A stretch of 64,000 nucleotides of DNA from an uncultured Candidatus Rokubacteria bacterium. Its GTDB lineage: Bacteria > Methylomirabilota > Methylomirabilia > Rokubacteriales > CSP1-6. Under the pieces are notes generated by a model, which was given only the letters and a program-made list of their open reading frames with translations, was not told the origin of the DNA and did not search any database. The position numbers were made by a program, and so were the translations under genes. The DNA is taken from positions 32,001-96,000 of the forward strand of contig CAVXJS010000008.1 of NCBI GenBank assembly GCA_963762145.1, given 5' to 3'. Shown here piece by piece: positions 59,855-64,000 of the stretch (within the stretch, counting starts at the first letter, position 1; each line of letters begins with the position of its first letter).

Positions 59855-61315
59855 ATGACGAACGGGAACCCCCACGCCTTCCACGTCCGCCCCGACATGC
59901 GCCAGGGCCTGGCTTCCGAGACGCCCCTGCCGACGCGGCTCGTCTCGAACGAAGAGTTCCCGCCGCTGCCCCAGACCGCCGCCCAGCGCCGGGTCGAGGA
60001 CCGCATTCTCGCCGACGCGGCACGCCTGGCCCCGCGGCTCGGGCTGAGCCGGCGCCAGTTCCTGCGCACGAGCGGCGGGATGGCCACCTCGCTCCTGGCC
60101 ATGAACGCGGTGTTCGGGCGCTTCTTCGACGTGCTCCCGGTCGAGGCCGCCGAGCCCTCCGCGTTCAAGGCGCGCGCGGGCGACGCGTTCTTCATCTTCG
60201 ACGTGCAGCTCCACTACGTCGGCGCGGGCTACGACCCGGCCAACGAGGAGGCCGCGCGCCGCGGCGTGTCCAAGACGGCGCTGCTCGGCCTCCGCCAGAA
60301 CTCGCGGCGGCTCAATCCGAAGCTGGCCTCGGATCAGGGCACGCTCGCCGATCTCGCGTGGGCCAACATGGTCAAGGAAGTCTTCCTCGACAGCGAGACC
60401 GACATCGGGCTGATCTCGACGCCGCCCGGCCCGTACCCGCAGGAGGCGGTCGTGCCGCCCAAGGAGATGACCCACATCCGCGACGAGATCAACCGGGTCA
60501 CCCAGTCACGCCGGATGCTGGCCCACGGGCTCATCACGCCGCAGCTCGGGCAGGTCGATCTCGACTTCATGGATCAGCAGGCGGCCACCTTGAAGGTGGA
60601 CGCCTGGAAGGGCTACACCGGCGCCGCGCCGAAGGGCTTCGACCGCGGCTGGTTCGTGGACGACGAGAAGATCGCCTACCCGATGCTCGAGCGGGCGCGC
60701 AAGCTGGGGATCAAGCGCATCTGCCTGCACAAGGGGCTGCCGCTGGGGCCGGTCGCCGATTACAACCACCCGCGCGACGTGATCAAGGCCGCGCGCGACT
60801 TCCCCGATCTCGGCTTCGTGCTCTACCACGCCGGGCTGCTGACCGTGCCGCGCACCCAGTCGGCCGACGTGCCGTGGACCACCGAGTTCTGTCAGATGAA
60901 GAAGAAGGAGCCCGCGCTCACCAACATCTACATGGAGCTGGGCTCCACCTTCGGTCAGCTCGCCACCACGAACCCGACCGCGTGCGCGCATCTCCTTGGC
61001 CAGGTCATCGACGCCTTCGGCGCCGACCACGTGCTCTGGGGCACCGACTCGATCTGGTATGGGTCGCCCCAGTGGCAGATCGAAGCCTTCCGCCGCTTCG
61101 AGATCCCGTCGGCACTGGTGAGCGCCCACGGGTACAAGCCGCTGACCCGCCAGGTCAAGGAGCAGATCTTCGGCCTCAACGCCGCGCGCCTCTTCAGCGT
61201 CGACGCCAACGCCAAGCGCAACGAGATCCCGAAGGACTACCTCGCCCAGATCAAGATGAGCTACCTCGACGAAGGCCCGAGCCCCAGCAACCGCTTCTAC
61301 GGCTGGGTCGCCTGA
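59855..61315 (+). CDS. Amidohydrolase family protein with internal twin-arginine-like motif
   Basis: VSNEEF, LSRRQFL, FDVQLH, CLHKG, LYHAG, LWGTDSIW, IFGLNAARL. Confidence 0.88.
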   Translation: MTNGNPHAFHVRPDMRQGLASETPLPTRLVSNEEFPPLPQTAAQRRVEDRILADAARLAPRLGLSRRQFLRTSGGMATSLLAMNAVFGRFFDVLPVEAAEPSAFKARAGDAFFIFDVQLHYVGAGYDPANEEAARRGVSKTALLGLRQNSRRLNPKLASDQGTLADLAWANMVKEVFLDSETDIGLISTPPGPYPQEAVVPPKEMTHIRDEINRVTQSRRMLAHGLITPQLGQVDLDFMDQQAATLKVDAWKGYTGAAPKGFDRGWFVDDEKIAYPMLERARKLGIKRICLHKGLPLGPVADYNHPRDVIKAARDFPDLGFVLYHAGLLTVPRTQSADVPWTTEFCQMKKKEPALTNIYMELGSTFGQLATTNPTACAHLLGQVIDAFGADHVLWGTDSIWYGSPQWQIEAFRRFEIPSALVSAHGYKPLTRQVKEQIFGLNAARLFSVDANAKRNEIPKDYLAQIKMSYLDEGPSPSNRFYGWVA

Positions 61316-61317
61316 AA

Positions 61318-61400
61318 GGGGTCAGGTCTTACATTCCGACATTTTCGCGACCGATGCTGGACTGGCGAGCTAGAAATGTCGGAATGTAAGACCTGACCCC
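61318..61400. repeat. Palindromic REP/REPIN-like element, family A copy 2
   Basis: Perfect 27-bp inverted repeat GGGGTCAGGTCTTACATTCCGACATTT at 61318-61344 and 61374-61400, between convergent genes. Confidence 0.9.
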
Positions 61401-61403
61401 AAG

Positions 61404-62522
61404 CTAGACGTAGACCCGCGGGATGCGGGTGTTGAGGTTGGTGAGGACCTCGTAGGGGATGGTGCCGGCCCATTCGGCGAGGTGCTCGCAGGTGATGAGC
61501 TCGTCGCCGTCGGCGCCCAGCAGCGTGACCACGTCGCCGTTGTAGGCGGTTTCCCACTCGAGATTGACCATGATCTGGTCCATGCAGACGCGGCCGACCA
61601 CCGGGTACTTCCGGCCGCGGATCAGCACGTGCGCCACGTTGGAGAGCGCGCGGAAGTATCCGTCGCCGTAGCCCACCGGCACCGTCACCACGCGCACCGG
61701 GTGATCGGACTGCCACGTGGAGCCGTAGCTCACCGGGTGGCCGGGCGTGACGACCTTGAAGTAGACCACACGCGAGCGCAGCGCCAGCGCCGGCTTCACC
61801 GGGATGGTCTGCCGCACCTCGATGGACGGGTAGACGCCGTAGAGCAGGATGCCCGGCCGCACCAGGTCCAGATGGCTCTCGCGGAGCTGGAGCACCGCGC
61901 CCGAGTTGGCCATGTGGCGCACCGGCGGCGGGACGCCCTGCTTGTCGTACCACTCGAGCACCTCGAGGAAGCGCGCGAGCTGCAGCCGCGCCGAGGTGAG
62001 GTCCTCGGCGTCCGCGTTGGCGAAGTGCGAGTAGATCCCCTCCACCCGCACCCGCGCGCAGTCGGCCGCCCGCTCGAGCAGCCCGCGCGCACTGTAGTAG
62101 TGCACGCCGATGCGCTCCATGCCGGTGTCGATCTTGAGGTGCACGGTCGCGTCGACGCGCATCTCACCCGCGATCGCGTCGATCTGCTTGAGCTTGTCGA
62201 TGGAGGACGCGGTCAGGGTCAGCCCGTGGCGCAGAAAGATCGGGATCTGGTCGCCGAAGATACCGCCCATGACGAGGATCGGCACGCCGACGCCGGCCTC
62301 GCGCAGCGCGACCGCTTCCTCCAGGAAGGCCACCCCGAGCGACCGCACCCCGAGCCCGACCAGATGCCGGGCCACCGGCACGAGCCCGTGGCCGTAGGCA
62401 TTGCCCTTGACGATCGGCATCACCGCGGCCGGCGCAACCGCCGCCTGGATCGCGCGATAGTTCTCGGCGAGACGGGCGAGGCTGACCTCGACGACCGTCG
62501 GCCGCAGTGAGCCGGTGTCCAC
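61404..62522 (-). CDS. alr: Alanine racemase
   Basis: VKGNAYGHG PLP-Lys motif, HLKIDTGMERIG, VRPGILLYG, VSYG, GRVCMDQ, TIPYEVLT. Confidence 0.96.
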   Translation of the reverse strand: MDTGSLRPTVVEVSLARLAENYRAIQAAVAPAAVMPIVKGNAYGHGLVPVARHLVGLGVRSLGVAFLEEAVALREAGVGVPILVMGGIFGDQIPIFLRHGLTLTASSIDKLKQIDAIAGEMRVDATVHLKIDTGMERIGVHYYSARGLLERAADCARVRVEGIYSHFANADAEDLTSARLQLARFLEVLEWYDKQGVPPPVRHMANSGAVLQLRESHLDLVRPGILLYGVYPSIEVRQTIPVKPALALRSRVVYFKVVTPGHPVSYGSTWQSDHPVRVVTVPVGYGDGYFRALSNVAHVLIRGRKYPVVGRVCMDQIMVNLEWETAYNGDVVTLLGADGDELITCEHLAEWAGTIPYEVLTNLNTRIPRVYV

Positions 62523-62525
62523 CGT

Positions 62526-63611
62526 TTACTTGGGTACCATGCCCTTGAAGCGGGGCATGACCTCCTTCGAGAGCAATTCCATCGAGTGCTGCCACGCCTT
62601 GGGGTTCTCGCTGTAGTCGAAGCAGAACACCAGCAGCGTGCCGAAACCGCCGACCTCCTCGTACAGGGCGTTGAGCTTGTCCGACACGGTGGCCGGCGAG
62701 CCGATGAGCCAGTTGTGCTTGGCGCAGTACTCCGGCGTCACGTCCGAGTCGGGCACCGAGGGATCGTGCTTGAGGTACTCGGTGAACCCGAAGGCGGCGA
62801 GCAGGGGCAGGAAGTACTCGGTCATCATGCGGCCCATCATGCCGCCCGCGGAGAGGCGCATCGCCTCCGCGTCGGTATCGGCCACGAAGACCTCGCGGAC
62901 CATCCGCCAGTCCGACCGCTTGGGGGTGCGCTTGGTGCGCGCCGCGCCTTCTTCCACCGCGTCCCAGTGGCTACTCACGTAGCCCGGGTTCAGGTTCAGG
63001 CTCATCGGCCAGAACCCGCGCTCCCCCGCCAGCTTGAGGGTATCCGAGCCCTTGCTGAGCCCGGCGACCCCGATCGGGGGATGCGGCTTCTGGAACGGGA
63101 AGATGTGCGGCCGGAGCGTGTTGAACATCGTCCCGGTCTTGGTCACGTGCCAGTACTTGCCCTTGTAGTCGAACTCGGGCTCGTCGCTCCAGAGCCGCAG
63201 GATGATGTCGAGCGACTCGCGCGTCATCTCCCGGTTCTGCCCCGACATGCCGTCCACGTTGAACATGGACCAGTCGCTCGGCAGCCCGCTCGCGGCCACC
63301 CCGAAGTTGAGCCGGCCCTGGGCCAGGTGGTCGAGCATCGCGACCCGGTTGGCCAGCTCGGCGGGGTGGTGGTACGGCATCAGGAAGCCGCCCGGGCCGA
63401 TCCGCATGCGCTTGGTCTGCATGAGCGCCTGGGCCACCAGCAGGTCCGGCGAGGGATGCGGCTCCCAGGGGGCGGTGTGGTGCTCGCCGATCCAGGCCTC
63501 GCTGAAGCCCATCTCGTCCGCCCAGCGCAGCTGCTGGAGATCCCACTGGTGGCCGTCGAAGAGCTTCCGCTCCGGCGGGTGCGACGGCATCGTGAACAGG
63601 CCGTAGTCCAT
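62526..63611 (-). CDS. LLM-class flavin-dependent monooxygenase (camphor/limonene monooxygenase-like)
   Basis: FTMPSHPPER, EAWIGEHHT, PYHHPAELANR, GLPSDW, VGGFGTLL. Confidence 0.9.
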   Translation of the reverse strand: MDYGLFTMPSHPPERKLFDGHQWDLQQLRWADEMGFSEAWIGEHHTAPWEPHPSPDLLVAQALMQTKRMRIGPGGFLMPYHHPAELANRVAMLDHLAQGRLNFGVAASGLPSDWSMFNVDGMSGQNREMTRESLDIILRLWSDEPEFDYKGKYWHVTKTGTMFNTLRPHIFPFQKPHPPIGVAGLSKGSDTLKLAGERGFWPMSLNLNPGYVSSHWDAVEEGAARTKRTPKRSDWRMVREVFVADTDAEAMRLSAGGMMGRMMTEYFLPLLAAFGFTEYLKHDPSVPDSDVTPEYCAKHNWLIGSPATVSDKLNALYEEVGGFGTLLVFCFDYSENPKAWQHSMELLSKEVMPRFKGMVPK

Positions 63612-63622
63612 GGTGTACCTCC

Positions 63623-64000
63623 TTACAGATCCTGCTCGAAGGGGTAGAGCGGCCGCCGGCGGTTCCGGTAGGTGAAGAGCCGCAGGTCGGAGCTGGTCAC
63701 GCCGTCGCCGTCGCAGAGGACGATGTGCCGGGCGATCGGCTCGAAGCCGGCCCGGAAGTGCTGGCGTGACTTGATCAGCACGTACTTCTTGCGGCGCGGG
63801 TCGATCCCGCAGTGAGTGAAGACCCCCGTGTCGAACGGCTCGCTGCGGCCCTCGGACACGACGATCTGCATGGCCCCGGTGTCGAGCACGGCGGTCTTGC
63901 CCATGCGCACGCGCGTGCCGGTGGCCATCGGCCCGGTGACGGTGAACTCCCCGTCGGTGATGCGCGTGACCTTGCCGGTCACGCTCAATGGCTTGCCGGT
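63623..64000 (-). CDS. C-terminus of an M81/MlrC family metallopeptidase (partial)
   Basis: MGKTAVL, GIDP, IKSRQHFRAGF, RRPLYPFE are MlrC C-terminal motifs; gene begins outside the window. Confidence 0.88.
   Translation of the reverse strand, partial: TGKPLSVTGKVTRITDGEFTVTGPMATGTRVRMGKTAVLDTGAMQIVVSEGRSEPFDTGVFTHCGIDPRRKKYVLIKSRQHFRAGFEPIARHIVLCDGDGVTSSDLRLFTYRNRRRPLYPFEQDL

Overview
High-GC (visually about 70%) bacterial chromosome segment. The gene style (many orphan family-5 and PF04392 ABC substrate-binding proteins, six luciferase-like oxidoreductases, a zinc-ribbon/cyclase/AAA/TPR protein) resembles Candidatus Rokuibacteriota/Methylomirabilota; this is an inference, since no marker gene is present. 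Most of the window is redox and catabolic metabolism plus transport. No rRNA, tRNA, CRISPR array, integrase or transposase was seen. Many genes at 17.6-19 kb, 22-38 kb and 52-55 kb are split by single-base indels that look like long-read consensus errors. Highlights: (1) a hidden PrdB/GrdB-like selenoprotein at 39617-40810 with an in-frame UGA in a UxxC motif, a SECIS-like hairpin and no reductase partners; (2) an ECF sigma/anti-sigma/Spy-CpxP operon followed by a secreted small ORF ending in the RAPP ribosome-arrest motif; (3) an array of PF04392 binding-protein genes whose conserved 3' ends bracket a lower-GC foreign gene, next to a sigma54-type mini-operon with an uncalled 45-aa zinc-ribbon protein; (4) two families of intergenic palindromic repeats, one with compensatory changes; (5) a collapsed mdtABC-like efflux remnant and an NHLP-clan leader-like protein.
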